From a virus (Duplodnaviria > Heunggongvirae > Uroviricota > Caudoviricetes): a stretch of DNA of 64,000 nucleotides. Below, in pieces: positions 38,836 to 48,060 of the stretch. The stretch lies in IMG/VR virus record IMGVR_UViG_3300032322_001781; one strand, 5' to 3'. The notes below the pieces were generated by a model. That model was not told where the DNA came from. It ran no database searches and worked only from the letters and a program-made list of their open reading frames with translations. Each line of letters begins with the position of its first letter. The first letter of the stretch is position 1. The translations under genes and the position numbers were made by a program.

Positions 38836-39783
38836 TTGGTTTATTTTGGCATTATGAAAAAACAAGAACAAATAGAAGCTAAGAAAAATAAACCAATTGA
38901 AGTTGGTGATTTGGTCAAAGTTTCAACAAATTATTTTAAAACCGTAACCGAAACGGTAAAGGTTGGAAGGAAGAGAGAATTCATTAATAAGGAAGTTGAA
39001 AAAAAATTTACCTTTGAAGGAACTGTTCTAAAAATAGAGAACGATAAATACTATGTTAAGTTAAATAGTAAATCTGTTCCATATGAATTAAACGAAAAAT
39101 TACCTAGTAAACATACGGATAAAAACGAGAAATATTGTATTGCTGATATTTCAATAATTACACCTACTGTTTATGAATGTGGTGCTAATCCGTTCTGTAA
39201 AGAGAAAAGACGTATTTCTTTTTATAACCAAGACATTTGGCAAATTCTATTCAAAGCTGGTTATGGTAAAATAACTGACGACTATTCTAAGCTTGAATCT
39301 ACCGAAGATTTTGGTTACGTAAACTTTAACCCATTCATTATTGATGCTAATGGAAATCGTCAATATTATCAACGTGACCTTGTATGGACACTTGAACAAA
39401 AACAATTACTAATTGACAGCATCTACCAAAATATTGAAATTGGTAAATTTTTATTCCGTTATAATTCTTGGGAAAGAATGCAACTAGAAAAAAAAGAAAC
39501 AGGTGTAGGTCATGGTTGGGATTGTGTTGATGGTAAACAACGATTCTTTGCTATTGTCGAATTTTTACAAAACAAATTCCAAGATAACTATGGTAATTAT
39601 TGGAAAGATTTGAGTGCTAATGCACAGCGTAGATTTCTAAACTTTCCGAATTTATCTTATGGAGAGTTACCAGAAACAGCAAGTGATGAAGATGTTATTG
39701 ATAATTTTTTAACACTTAATTTTACGGGCACACCAATGTCACGTGACCATATTGAGTATGTTAAATCATTTAACATGAAATAA
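38836..39783 (+). CDS. DUF262 (ParB/GmrSD-N-like nuclease domain) protein
   Basis: C-terminal half: YYQRDLVWTLEQKQLLIDSI ... VDGKQRFFAIVEF matches DUF262 FQR..VW...Q...L.DS / DGQQR signature. Confidence 0.6.
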   Translation: MVYFGIMKKQEQIEAKKNKPIEVGDLVKVSTNYFKTVTETVKVGRKREFINKEVEKKFTFEGTVLKIENDKYYVKLNSKSVPYELNEKLPSKHTDKNEKYCIADISIITPTVYECGANPFCKEKRRISFYNQDIWQILFKAGYGKITDDYSKLESTEDFGYVNFNPFIIDANGNRQYYQRDLVWTLEQKQLLIDSIYQNIEIGKFLFRYNSWERMQLEKKETGVGHGWDCVDGKQRFFAIVEFLQNKFQDNYGNYWKDLSANAQRRFLNFPNLSYGELPETASDEDVIDNFLTLNFTGTPMSRDHIEYVKSFNMK

Positions 39784-39784
39784 A

Positions 39785-39816
39785 TTTGGTAATATCAAAT
39801 TTATTTCATACCTTTG
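39785..39816 (+). promoter_or_regulatory. Bacteroidetes-type promoter driving ORF-free structured region
   Basis: TTTGG-N20-TACCTTTG followed by TCACGTTCATTGA. Confidence 0.6.
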
Positions 39817-39821
39817 TATCA

Positions 39822-40080
39822 CGTTCATTGATAAACAACTTTGGCTCGGTAAAGCCTCTTGCGAAAGCAACGTAACCGATGCCGTAGATATTAGGATAGG
39901 GGTTATGCTGGCTGATTACGTTATCTGCCCGATAATGAATGCTCAACCATAAGTTTCCAAACTTCCCCGATTCCTATTAACATGATTAGAGTTTGGAAAC
40001 CGAATACGTGCCAGTATTTGATTAGCGTTTGGTTGGGAAAAGGTAAAATCGGAAAGTGGGGAGGATAGACCTCCCCATAA
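39822..40080 (+). ncRNA. candidate structured ncRNA (~260 nt), unknown family
   Basis: No ORF; higher GC than flanks; internal stems (gtttccaaac...gtttggaaac); ends with GC hairpin ggggag-N-ctcccc. Confidence 0.5.
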
Positions 40081-40102
40081 TCCTTTAAAATTAAAAATTA
40101 AA

Positions 40103-40435
40103 ATGATAAATATGCAAAAAAATCCTACACTGGAGGATATGTTTATAGATAAATTACGTGATATTTTTTCTCTTAAGAAAAAGAAAATTAATGTTGGTGA
40201 TTATGGGGTTTATCAAGATGTATTATCTATAGATACAATAAACGATGGTACACATTCACTTAAATATGACATATACACCAAAGTTAAAGCCGTTGCTATC
40301 TATCAAAATTTGGTTGAAATAGAAATAGTTGAAATATTTACCATAAATTCTTGTAATCAAGATGTTAGGGAATTGATTGAAAAAAACATGCCAAAGTACA
40401 TTCACCCTAAATACATAAGATGGGAGATAAAATAA
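40103..40435 (+). CDS. hypothetical protein
   Basis: ORF. Confidence 0.45.
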   Translation: MINMQKNPTLEDMFIDKLRDIFSLKKKKINVGDYGVYQDVLSIDTINDGTHSLKYDIYTKVKAVAIYQNLVEIEIVEIFTINSCNQDVRELIEKNMPKYIHPKYIRWEIK

Positions 40436-40445
40436 GTTTTTAAAC

Positions 40446-40658
40446 ATGTTAATTCAATTCAAAAAATTAAAGTGTAATATATTTGGTCATTCGTGGCTTT
40501 ACAATTTCCCAGTTATGGCGAATAAAAGAATTTGTAAAACTTGTAATACAAAAATGGTGTTAAACTTAAAAGAAGCTAAGTGGTATGAAATAGATAGCTT
40601 CAACCCAATATTAGGGACTGATAAAGAAATTAAAAAACGTTGGATAAGTTTTAAATAA
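40446..40658 (+). CDS. hypothetical Zn-ribbon-like small protein
   Basis: C..H ... CKTC pattern. Confidence 0.35.
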   Translation: MLIQFKKLKCNIFGHSWLYNFPVMANKRICKTCNTKMVLNLKEAKWYEIDSFNPILGTDKEIKKRWISFK

Positions 40659-40678
40659 AATAATTTTTAAGTGTTACA

Positions 40679-40975
40679 ATGAAAACAAAGCTTTTAAAAA
40701 AACTTCATAAGACATATGATTGGTACTTTAATTCAGATGGGTTTCCAGTACTGATAAATCACGTTAAACAATCTGTTATATTATACGATGTGGAATACTT
40801 ATGCCAAAGAATGAAATATAAGGTGGAAGACCTACCAACGTTGGTAAAAGTTCATCATACCGAATGGGCATTGAGAATGATGAAATTGGATATCCTACAA
40901 GAATATGGCTGGGATATGTCACGTGTCAGATATAAACAAGCTATAAAAAGATTTAAACAAAAAAGAAACAAATAA
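40679..40975 (+). CDS. hypothetical protein
   Basis: ORF. Confidence 0.4.
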   Translation: MKTKLLKKLHKTYDWYFNSDGFPVLINHVKQSVILYDVEYLCQRMKYKVEDLPTLVKVHHTEWALRMMKLDILQEYGWDMSRVRYKQAIKRFKQKRNK

Positions 40976-41007
40976 TTTGGTAAATTCAAAATTTATTCGT
41001 ACCTTTG
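40976..41007 (+). promoter_or_regulatory. Bacteroidetes-type promoter
   Basis: TTTGG-N20-TACCTTTG. Confidence 0.6.
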
Positions 41008-41214
41008 TATCACTAAAATAAAAAAATATGGTATTAAAAACTAGTCTAAAAATTCTAGCTGTTTTGTTCCTTCTCTATGTGAGTTGGTATGTATTCAGTT
41101 TTTTCTCAGCATGGGGTGGAATAGCAATTATTGTTGCTACCCTAATAGGTGTCGGTGTCTACCTAGAAAATGTCATCAAAAATAATTTTAAATAAAAACA
41201 AAAAAAAAACAAAA

Positions 41215-42027
41215 ATGAAAAAAAGCATCCTATCGATTCTTAGCGTAATCACACTAGCAATGTTTATGCAATCATGTGACACCGTACAACCTAACTATGT
41301 TGGTGTACTAATGACAAATTTTGGTAAAAATGGAAAATCAGATTTCGAACTGGTCAAAGGAAGGGTACCCACATATTCGCCAGGGACACAACTCTATCAA
41401 GTGCCTTTGTTTGAACAACGTGCAAATTTTGGTGACCAAACGTTACATTTAAAAGCAGCTGACAATACAGAATTTACAGCAAAACCACTCTACTCTTATC
41501 AAGTAATTGAGGAACGTTCTGTAGACGTAGTATTTCAAAATGCTCGTTTGGGTAGTGGTTCTGAATTCATTAAATCATTAGAAGACAATGTACTTGAACC
41601 ACATATCTATGATATAATTAAAGAAGAAAGCCGTAAATACATTACTGATTCTCTAATGGCTAATGGAGGTTCGTTAAAATTTGAAGAAAGAGTACAAACT
41701 TTGGTTATTAAATCTTTTGAACAAAAGGGTTTGAAATTAATATCTTTTAGTTGTAACCTAGATTTTTCTGCTAAAGTAAAAGAAAAGATTGATAATCGTA
41801 ACGAAGTAAACACCAACTTATCAGTTCTGGACCAACAAATTCAAGAACAAAGAAAAAAGAACGAACTAGCAGAACTCAAAGCACAAGAAAATATCATATT
41901 ATCAAGAGGCTTGACAGATGAAATTTTAAGAAAAACAGCAATTGATGGATGGGTTAAAAATGGTTGCCCAACCCCTCAAGTTGTCGGAAGCGATTCAAAA
42001 ACGTTTTATAACCTTGTTACCAAATAA
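41215..42027 (+). CDS. lipoprotein, possible SPFH/band-7 domain
   Basis: Signal peptide + lipobox (LAMFMQSC); track ORF start 41170 is upstream of likely Met 41215; preceded by unlisted 55-aa membrane ORF 41029..41196. Confidence 0.5.
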   Translation: MKKSILSILSVITLAMFMQSCDTVQPNYVGVLMTNFGKNGKSDFELVKGRVPTYSPGTQLYQVPLFEQRANFGDQTLHLKAADNTEFTAKPLYSYQVIEERSVDVVFQNARLGSGSEFIKSLEDNVLEPHIYDIIKEESRKYITDSLMANGGSLKFEERVQTLVIKSFEQKGLKLISFSCNLDFSAKVKEKIDNRNEVNTNLSVLDQQIQEQRKKNELAELKAQENIILSRGLTDEILRKTAIDGWVKNGCPTPQVVGSDSKTFYNLVTK

Positions 42028-42047
42028 AACAAATATTAAACAAATAA

Positions 42048-42077
42048 AAAACCTTACCAATTGGTGAGGTTTTTTTA
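42048..42077 (+). terminator. rho-independent terminator
   Basis: aaccttacc-aatt-ggtgaggtt + T run. Confidence 0.7.
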
Positions 42078-42086
42078 CTATTTTAA

Positions 42087-42434
42087 ATGGAAATTAAAAA
42101 AATTGATTATGATTTGGTTCAAAAAGAATTTGCTGAATTAAAACCAGATTTATTAGATAATTATGCCACATATTATGGTTGTTTTATTAAAGATGAGTTA
42201 GTTGGCATTGTTTCTTATGTTGAACACCCACATGTGATTTATCTATGTCACGCTTACGTTAAAGATAGTTTTAGAAATAGAGGAATTTACAAATTACTTT
42301 GGAATTACCGAGATTCAAAAATTAAAGAAACGAATAAAATTGTTTATGCTCACTGTAATGTTGATAGTTTAAAATACTTCATAAACAATGGTTACTCAAT
42401 TGAAAAAGCTTTATTTAAAGTAGTTAAAAATTAA
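42087..42434 (+). CDS. GNAT-family acetyltransferase (putative)
   Basis: Motif A-like FRNRGIYKLL after beta-strand VGIVSYV. Confidence 0.5.
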   Translation: MEIKKIDYDLVQKEFAELKPDLLDNYATYYGCFIKDELVGIVSYVEHPHVIYLCHAYVKDSFRNRGIYKLLWNYRDSKIKETNKIVYAHCNVDSLKYFINNGYSIEKALFKVVKN

Positions 42435-42441
42435 AAAAAAA

Positions 42442-42639
42442 ATGGCATTAATTAGAAAGGAAATCTTAGTTGAAGTTAAAGTTGGTGACGTAGTTAAAGC
42501 ACCTAATACGATATATCGTGATGATTTAACACTATATGTTTGTCATATAGAAGATGATTTACTTTACATTTCTGATGAAATTAACACACCTAAAAAAGGG
42601 TGCGAAACATCATTTGTTGAAGATTGTTATTTAGTATAG
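42442..42639 (+). CDS. hypothetical small protein
   Basis: ORF. Confidence 0.35.
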   Translation: MALIRKEILVEVKVGDVVKAPNTIYRDDLTLYVCHIEDDLLYISDEINTPKKGCETSFVEDCYLV

Positions 42640-42660
42640 ACAATAATTTTTGTTTAATTG

Positions 42661-42812
42661 CCTATAACGTTTTGCAGATAGGCGATGTGGCGGATTTTGG
42701 AACACAAAACTTTCTGCAACCACTAAAATTAATTTGAAAACGAAAACTTAATATTAACCGAGAACCCCGCCTTATTGCCTATGTGCTGTTATAGGTAGGG
42801 CTTCTCACAAAT
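42661..42812. mobile_element. MITE-like palindromic element (TATAAC termini)
   Basis: gcctataacgttttgcagataggcgatgtggcgg vs reverse complement of end gccctacctataacagcacataggcaataaggcgg. Confidence 0.5.
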
Positions 42813-42821
42813 TTTTATAAA

Positions 42822-43004
42822 ATGACAAAAGCAGAATTACTCGAAATTATTAAAGATTATCCCGATGATGTGGATTTGGTTTTTACACAGGAAACGGAAA
42901 GACAAGCTGGCGATGTGTCAGATATGTATTTAGACCACTTGACTGAATGCAAGGCGTTCAATTATATCAATCTTTATTTCAAATGGACTGATGTTGGGGA
43001 ATAG
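42822..43004 (+). CDS. hypothetical small protein
   Basis: ORF. Confidence 0.35.
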   Translation: MTKAELLEIIKDYPDDVDLVFTQETERQAGDVSDMYLDHLTECKAFNYINLYFKWTDVGE

Positions 43005-43011
43005 CTTTACC

Positions 43012-43072
43012 TATAACGTCCGATGATAAACAATCGTTTTAATGTTGTTTATCATTTGTTATGTGTAGGTGT
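43012..43072. repeat. 60-nt intergenic repeat copy 1 (contains hairpin gataaacaa-TCGTTTTAATG-ttgtttatc)
   Basis: Near-identical copies at 44610 and 44937, each directly after a small ORF stop. Confidence 0.8.
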
Positions 43073-43103
43073 TTTTTTATTGCGAAAAATAAATATATAA
43101 ATT

Positions 43104-43424
43104 ATGGAAAGAAAAAGAATTAGAAATTTTGAAACATTTACAAATTCATCAATAATTAAAAGGATTAGAAATATTTATTCTAAATTTATGAATATTGAAC
43201 TTTTTGATATGAGTGATAGTAATGACTATGATATTATATGGGAAGGTGGTTTATTAACAGATGAAAAATATAAACAATTCATCAAAAAGTTAGAAGATGA
43301 ATTTGGAATATCAATACTTGATGAAGTATGGAATGATGAAGAAGGTTTCAAAGATTTAACAGATGATAAATATAGAACATTTAATGGGTTAGGAGAATAT
43401 ATTTATTCACAAACGAATTCTTAA
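43104..43424 (+). CDS. hypothetical protein
   Basis: ORF. Confidence 0.4.
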   Translation: MERKRIRNFETFTNSSIIKRIRNIYSKFMNIELFDMSDSNDYDIIWEGGLLTDEKYKQFIKKLEDEFGISILDEVWNDEEGFKDLTDDKYRTFNGLGEYIYSQTNS

Positions 43425-43435
43425 CACTTACACAT

Positions 43436-43563
43436 AACGGCTGACGCTATACGAAGGCAGGGGTTGGATGCACACCCTTTCAGCCTTACACAAATGATAA
43501 ATAGATGCACACCGCTTGTATTAGCAGTAAAGCCCCTGCTTTTGTATAGCGTATGTTATAGGG
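43436..43563. mobile_element. MITE-like palindromic element (TATAAC termini)
   Basis: ataacggctgacgctatacgaaggcagggg vs reverse complement of end ataacatacgctatacaaaagcagggg; overlaps spurious N-terminus of track ORF 43464. Confidence 0.55.
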
Positions 43564-43580
43564 CGTTTATTTTAGTTAAA

Positions 43581-43859
43581 ATGGAAATTAAAAACATACA
43601 CGAACACGCAGGGTGGTTTGCTTCATATATGAATGCTCCCGATGGCGGTAATGATGCACAAGGTGAGGCTCTTGTTAAATGTCAAATCAAAAAAATAAAA
43701 CAGTTGACCGAATTAATAGAAAATATTAAAGGTGAAATAGAACTCACTGACAATCCAAAGGAGTTTTCGGAAAGAACTGTTTTAAATTCAATTAAAGCAA
43801 TGATTGAACAAAAGAAAGAAGTTGAACATACGAGTGGTTATTTTAAGTGGGTTGGCTAA
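43581..43859 (+). CDS. hypothetical protein (start re-assigned to Met 43581)
   Basis: Track ORF 43464..43859 begins inside palindromic repeat; MEIKNIHEH start follows it. Confidence 0.4.
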   Translation: MEIKNIHEHAGWFASYMNAPDGGNDAQGEALVKCQIKKIKQLTELIENIKGEIELTDNPKEFSERTVLNSIKAMIEQKKEVEHTSGYFKWVG

Positions 43860-43910
43860 ATGCCCTATAACGGTCACAGATAAATGTAGTTTTAACAAAA
43901 ACTTAATAAA

Positions 43911-44126
43911 ATGGAAAAAGATAATAACAAAGTTGATAATTGGGATGAATATAATGAAAAATTACATTTATCTGATGTTATGTTTAGTATTTTCACACTT
44001 GATGAAATAAGGACAATTATAAAACATAGACAATTTAGAGGAATGAAAACTCTACAAATGTCAAAAGATAAACAAGATGAGTTTAGAGAAATAATTAAAA
44101 AAATCGAAGATATGTTTGATGTGTAA
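43911..44126 (+). CDS. hypothetical small protein
   Basis: ORF. Confidence 0.35.
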   Translation: MEKDNNKVDNWDEYNEKLHLSDVMFSIFTLDEIRTIIKHRQFRGMKTLQMSKDKQDEFREIIKKIEDMFDV

Positions 44127-44351
44127 AAATATTGAACATAACGGTTGCAAATATATGTTGTTTAATAAAAAATTAAAAATATGTTTATTACATTGAATTA
44201 CATTTGGAATAACTACTGGAAGACAGTAAAGCGAGGAAAACCTAATATGAGAGCATTTTTAATTTTTTTACGAATGCTTGGTTTGGAATTAAAATGTTTA
44301 TTATTAACGGGATATTCAACAGATGAAATACTTAAATAACATATATTTGCT

Positions 44352-44380
44352 GTTATAAAATCGTTTTAATATTTTATAAC
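44352..44380. repeat. hairpin gttataaaa-TCGTTTTAAT-attttataac followed by TATAACGGTTGCAAATAT box
   Basis: Same loop as 34398 and 43032 hairpins with a different stem; TATAACGGTTGCAAATAT also at 44136. Confidence 0.6.
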
Positions 44381-44609
44381 GGTTGCAAATATGAGAAGTA
44401 AAATTTTCCTTTAAAATTTTTTATTTCAAAATTTATTTCTTATATTTGTTGTTATAAATACGTAATTTAAAATACACACAATATGAAAAAAATTAATTCA
44501 ATTTACAAGAAATCAGTTTGAAACAAAACCTTTTGGTGGAATAGTTGGTATATCTATAATCTTAATTTTTTCACTATTAATGATTTTAGGTGTATTTTAA
44601 ATTATTGTT

Positions 44610-44660
44610 TATAACGTCCGATGATAAACAATCGTTTTAATGTTGTTTATCATTTGTTAT
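44610..44660. repeat. 60-nt intergenic repeat copy 2
   Basis: tataacgtccgatgataaacaatcgttttaatgttgtttatcatttgttat. Confidence 0.8.
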
Positions 44661-44726
44661 ACACAGTATTTTTGTGGGAGGGTTGATAAATTAGAAATAA
44701 ATTAGTATATTTGTAAAAAACTGAAT

Positions 44727-44942
44727 ATGGATAATAATAGAAATAAGGTACATTGTTTAGTATATGATTATACTGGTGACACTAATAATGTTTATGTAAG
44801 AGTTTCAAAAGTTCACGAAGTAGATGAAAATGTTTATCTTAAAATACAGAACCCTGTTGTGAATAAAGGGTTACTTCAATATCAACATAAAGATTTATGT
44901 GGTACTGGTTGGGATGAGGGTGAAAAAAAATATTGTGTATAA
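44727..44942 (+). CDS. hypothetical small protein
   Basis: ORF. Confidence 0.35.
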   Translation: MDNNRNKVHCLVYDYTGDTNNVYVRVSKVHEVDENVYLKIQNPVVNKGLLQYQHKDLCGTGWDEGEKKYCV

Positions 44943-44998
44943 CGTCCGATGATAAACAATCGTTTTAATGTTGTTTATCATTTGTTATGTGTAGGTGT
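44937..44998. repeat. 60-nt intergenic repeat copy 3
   Basis: Identical to copy 1 including gtgtaggtg tail. Confidence 0.8.
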
Positions 44999-45225
44999 GG
45001 ATTAATAATAAAAAATATAATAAAATAGAATAAAATGAATGAACAAGAAATGCGTGAATACTTAAAAGGTAAATCTCAAGAAGAAGTTAGGGATTTTATT
45101 ATTGATAGGTTAAAGAAAATCTGTGAAGAAGGTGAAAAATTATCTGTTAATGATGAAGATTACGAAAAGGCTGGTGAATTACTTAAAATTAAAAACAGAT
45201 TAAAGTGATGAATGTAACACTTACA

Positions 45226-45320
45226 CATAACGGTTGGGTGTATGAGAAGGTTTGCTTAGATGAACTTTCAAATTACCACTGAACTTAATAGCAAACTTTC
45301 TTATACACCTTGTTATAACC
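45226..45320. mobile_element. MITE-like palindromic element (TATAAC termini)
   Basis: ataacggttgggtgtatgagaaggtttgct vs reverse complement of end ataacaaggtgtataagaaagtttgct; same architecture as 34688 copy. Confidence 0.55.
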
Positions 45321-45474
45321 AGTACGGATAAATTAGCACTGAACTTGATACGAAGAACGAATAAAAACTTTTTAAAAATGTGCGGTGGAAAACTTGATTA
45401 ATTTAAAAATAAGTAGTATATTTGTAATATCATAATAATAAAATAATAAACTAATAAACTAAAAAATTAAACAA

Positions 45475-46068
45475 ATGGCAAAATTTATTGAAACAATTTA
45501 TCCAACTATTGAAGATAGAGTAAGTAGATGGGAAACAATGGGAATGTTACATATAGTTAAATCTGATGATTCTAAAAAATTGGTAGCGATGGCACTTGAT
45601 GCAACTGCAATATATCTTACAGAATTTAATTTTAAAAATTTTGATAACGATACAAAAACGGTTTTAATACCAGTAATTGTAAGAATTTTCAACGAAACAA
45701 ACAAAGATTTCACATTAGAAACATTAACTAAATCAGTTAGAAGAATAATTGAAGATTTTGTGGAAAAATATGAAGAAGCAAAACCTAAGTTTAACCCATT
45801 AACTTCCGAAAGAGATGATGATGCTGAATTTATTGCGTTATATTGCGAAAACTATTCTTTTGATGAAAACAAAATTAAAATTAAATTTAAAATTACATTT
45901 TGGAAAGATATTCCAGAAAGAACATTTATAATTGATGATACCAACTTCTTTCCAAAATATTTTATGGGGTTGGATGGTATTTTATATGAAAATTATGGAA
46001 CAGAGGAAAAACCAATGTGGGAAAATGTTTTTGATAGTGACTATGAGATTGAAATTGTTAATCTTTAA
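45475..46068 (+). CDS. hypothetical protein
   Basis: ORF. Confidence 0.45.
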   Translation: MAKFIETIYPTIEDRVSRWETMGMLHIVKSDDSKKLVAMALDATAIYLTEFNFKNFDNDTKTVLIPVIVRIFNETNKDFTLETLTKSVRRIIEDFVEKYEEAKPKFNPLTSERDDDAEFIALYCENYSFDENKIKIKFKITFWKDIPERTFIIDDTNFFPKYFMGLDGILYENYGTEEKPMWENVFDSDYEIEIVNL

Positions 46069-46195
46069 GGTGGGAAATTTTTAAAAAGTTTTCCTCACAG
46101 AACTTAAATATGGAACACGAATGTAGTATTGGTTATAACGTAAAAGTATTGGCGATGTTGGGGATTAAAGAGTACAAATGTTTAAATAACAACAA

Positions 46196-46621
46196 ATGAT
46201 AGTAAAAAGCACAAATGTTCAAATTAAGAACGAAAGCCCCAATATTGCCAATGCAGTGTTAGGTGCAGTTACATTCCCGAAGCGTAACACCCGTTTCAAA
46301 TTAAAAGACTTCTTTCAAGTGGAAGTTGATGATTTTCATAGTGGGGAATTTCTATTTTTGTCGGCTAAAAAAGTCAAAACAAAAAGTGATAAAAAGCTAT
46401 TTGATGAAGTAGAAAGTTTTGATGAATATGGATGGATAATAAGCACTTGGTGCTATGACCGTAAATATTACTACAAAATTTTTGTTTGCCAATACCGACA
46501 AAAAGCGTGGAAAAATCATTACCACATTGAAAGTATGTTGGCAGGATTAAACGGGTGTGATGGTTATGCAGTAAATAACACTATTGAGGAATTTGCTGAA
46601 TGGATGGAAGTGTCGCAGTAA
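46196..46621 (+). CDS. hypothetical protein
   Basis: ORF. Confidence 0.45.
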   Translation: MIVKSTNVQIKNESPNIANAVLGAVTFPKRNTRFKLKDFFQVEVDDFHSGEFLFLSAKKVKTKSDKKLFDEVESFDEYGWIISTWCYDRKYYYKIFVCQYRQKAWKNHYHIESMLAGLNGCDGYAVNNTIEEFAEWMEVSQ

Positions 46622-46765
46622 TTGCACCTAACGAGTATATATACACACCTATAGTCTAACCCATTTAAAATCAATATTTTGAACCAAAAAATTATAAAGA
46701 TTTGTGAACAAAAGTTTATATATTTAAACTAATCAGATAAGAGTATTAGGTTATATGCTTCTTAC

Positions 46766-46796
46766 TTTGAAATATCAAAATTTATTCGTACCTTTA
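46766..46796 (+). promoter_or_regulatory. promoter variant (-7 TACCTTTA)
   Basis: TTTG-N19-TACCTTTA. Confidence 0.4.
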
Positions 46797-46807
46797 TAAA
46801 AAACAAA

Positions 46808-47407
46808 ATGAAAATTAATTTTACAGAATCCTTTTCTAAATCATTAAAAACTTTATACTGGCAAAATACTCTTCCTTATAAAGTATATTCTTTTTTCAGA
46901 TATGATTTACCTAGATTTCTAAAAAACATTTGGAAATTTAGGAAAGCATTGTATAACCATTATTGGTTTGACCATCACGGAATTCTTATGTTTATGGAAA
47001 TAGGGTTAACTGACATAGCTAATAATATTGAAAAACATGGAATTGAAGTGGAAAGCTCTAGAATGAAAAAAGTTGAAAAAATGCGTAGAGTCATTCAATT
47101 TATTAAAAATTATAATGAGGACTTATATATTGAAATGGCTGAAAAAGAATTAGGTGAATTGATATTACATAAATTGGAATTTGAACCCGCTCCTGATTAT
47201 CCAAGCAGTTATCAGTTAGTTGATAAAGATACTCCTGAAGAAAAAGAACATAATAATAAAGTGTATACTAGAGCGAGAGAATTTGGAGAACAAGAATGGG
47301 CTGAATTGTGGAATATCATTAAAGGACAAGACTACTCAAAATTTGACGAAAATATTGATTTTGATAATCAATTTGATGGTTCAGGATTAAGAGGTTGGTG
47401 GGATTAA
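46808..47407 (+). CDS. hypothetical protein
   Basis: ORF. Confidence 0.45.
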   Translation: MKINFTESFSKSLKTLYWQNTLPYKVYSFFRYDLPRFLKNIWKFRKALYNHYWFDHHGILMFMEIGLTDIANNIEKHGIEVESSRMKKVEKMRRVIQFIKNYNEDLYIEMAEKELGELILHKLEFEPAPDYPSSYQLVDKDTPEEKEHNNKVYTRAREFGEQEWAELWNIIKGQDYSKFDENIDFDNQFDGSGLRGWWD

Positions 47408-47412
47408 TTTTA

Positions 47413-47444
47413 TTTGGTAAATTCAAAAATTATATGTACCTTTG
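47413..47444 (+). promoter_or_regulatory. Bacteroidetes-type promoter
   Basis: TTTGG-N20-TACCTTTG. Confidence 0.6.
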
Positions 47445-47475
47445 TCATAAGTTTAATTAGAAGAAAATTAATCAT

Positions 47476-47749
47476 GGAATTTGTTATAATAGAAATAGGT
47501 AGTAAAGAATGGGATTATATGTGGGAATGGTTATCAAATCACCCCATAAATAAAGACTTGGAAGAACCAAGTGTTGCTCTTAATGAAGGTGAAGCTTGGC
47601 AATATATGGGAAGTTATAAACAAAATGATAGCGTTATTCATTCTTTCCGACATAGGTCACATCCTTTAACCAATAGAATAGAACAAATTAGTCTATATTC
47701 ATCAAATGAATTCTCAACAGACCAAATAAAAAAAAGTTATAAGTTGTAA
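47476..47749 (+). CDS. hypothetical protein (start moved downstream of promoter to Met 47476)
   Basis: Track ORF start 47414 lies inside the promoter. Confidence 0.4.
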
Positions 47750-47763
47750 TTTTATTTAATACA

Positions 47764-48060
47764 ATGGAAAACTTAAAAGCAATACTGTTAGTGTTAGAAG
47801 AGCAAAATAAAAAACTAACTGAATTAAGTAAAACACTTGAAGAATGTACTTTAGACGAATGTACTAAATATTTACATTGGGGCCAGAATTATGATGCTGA
47901 TATGAATAAATTACCTAAAACTATATTTAAACCTATATGTGAGTTAAATACAGGTCATATAGAATCTATATTAGAAGGTAATTATTGTAAGAATGAGATG
48001 TATTTAAAAGTATTTGCGTATGAATTAAATAAAAGAAAAAATGAATTACACACTACATAA
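47764..48060 (+). CDS. hypothetical protein
   Basis: ORF. Confidence 0.4.
   Translation: MENLKAILLVLEEQNKKLTELSKTLEECTLDECTKYLHWGQNYDADMNKLPKTIFKPICELNTGHIESILEGNYCKNEMYLKVFAYELNKRKNELHTT

Noticed and set aside
38836-38870. Promoter-like TTTGG...TATTTTGG upstream of the DUF262 gene, and TTTGG..TATATTTG at 23035
   Set aside because: -7 element deviates (TTGG) or spacer far too short; not counted among consensus promoters
43464-43580. N-terminal 39 codons of track ORF 43464..43859
   Set aside because: This stretch is the body of a palindromic MITE-like element; the real gene most likely starts at Met 43581
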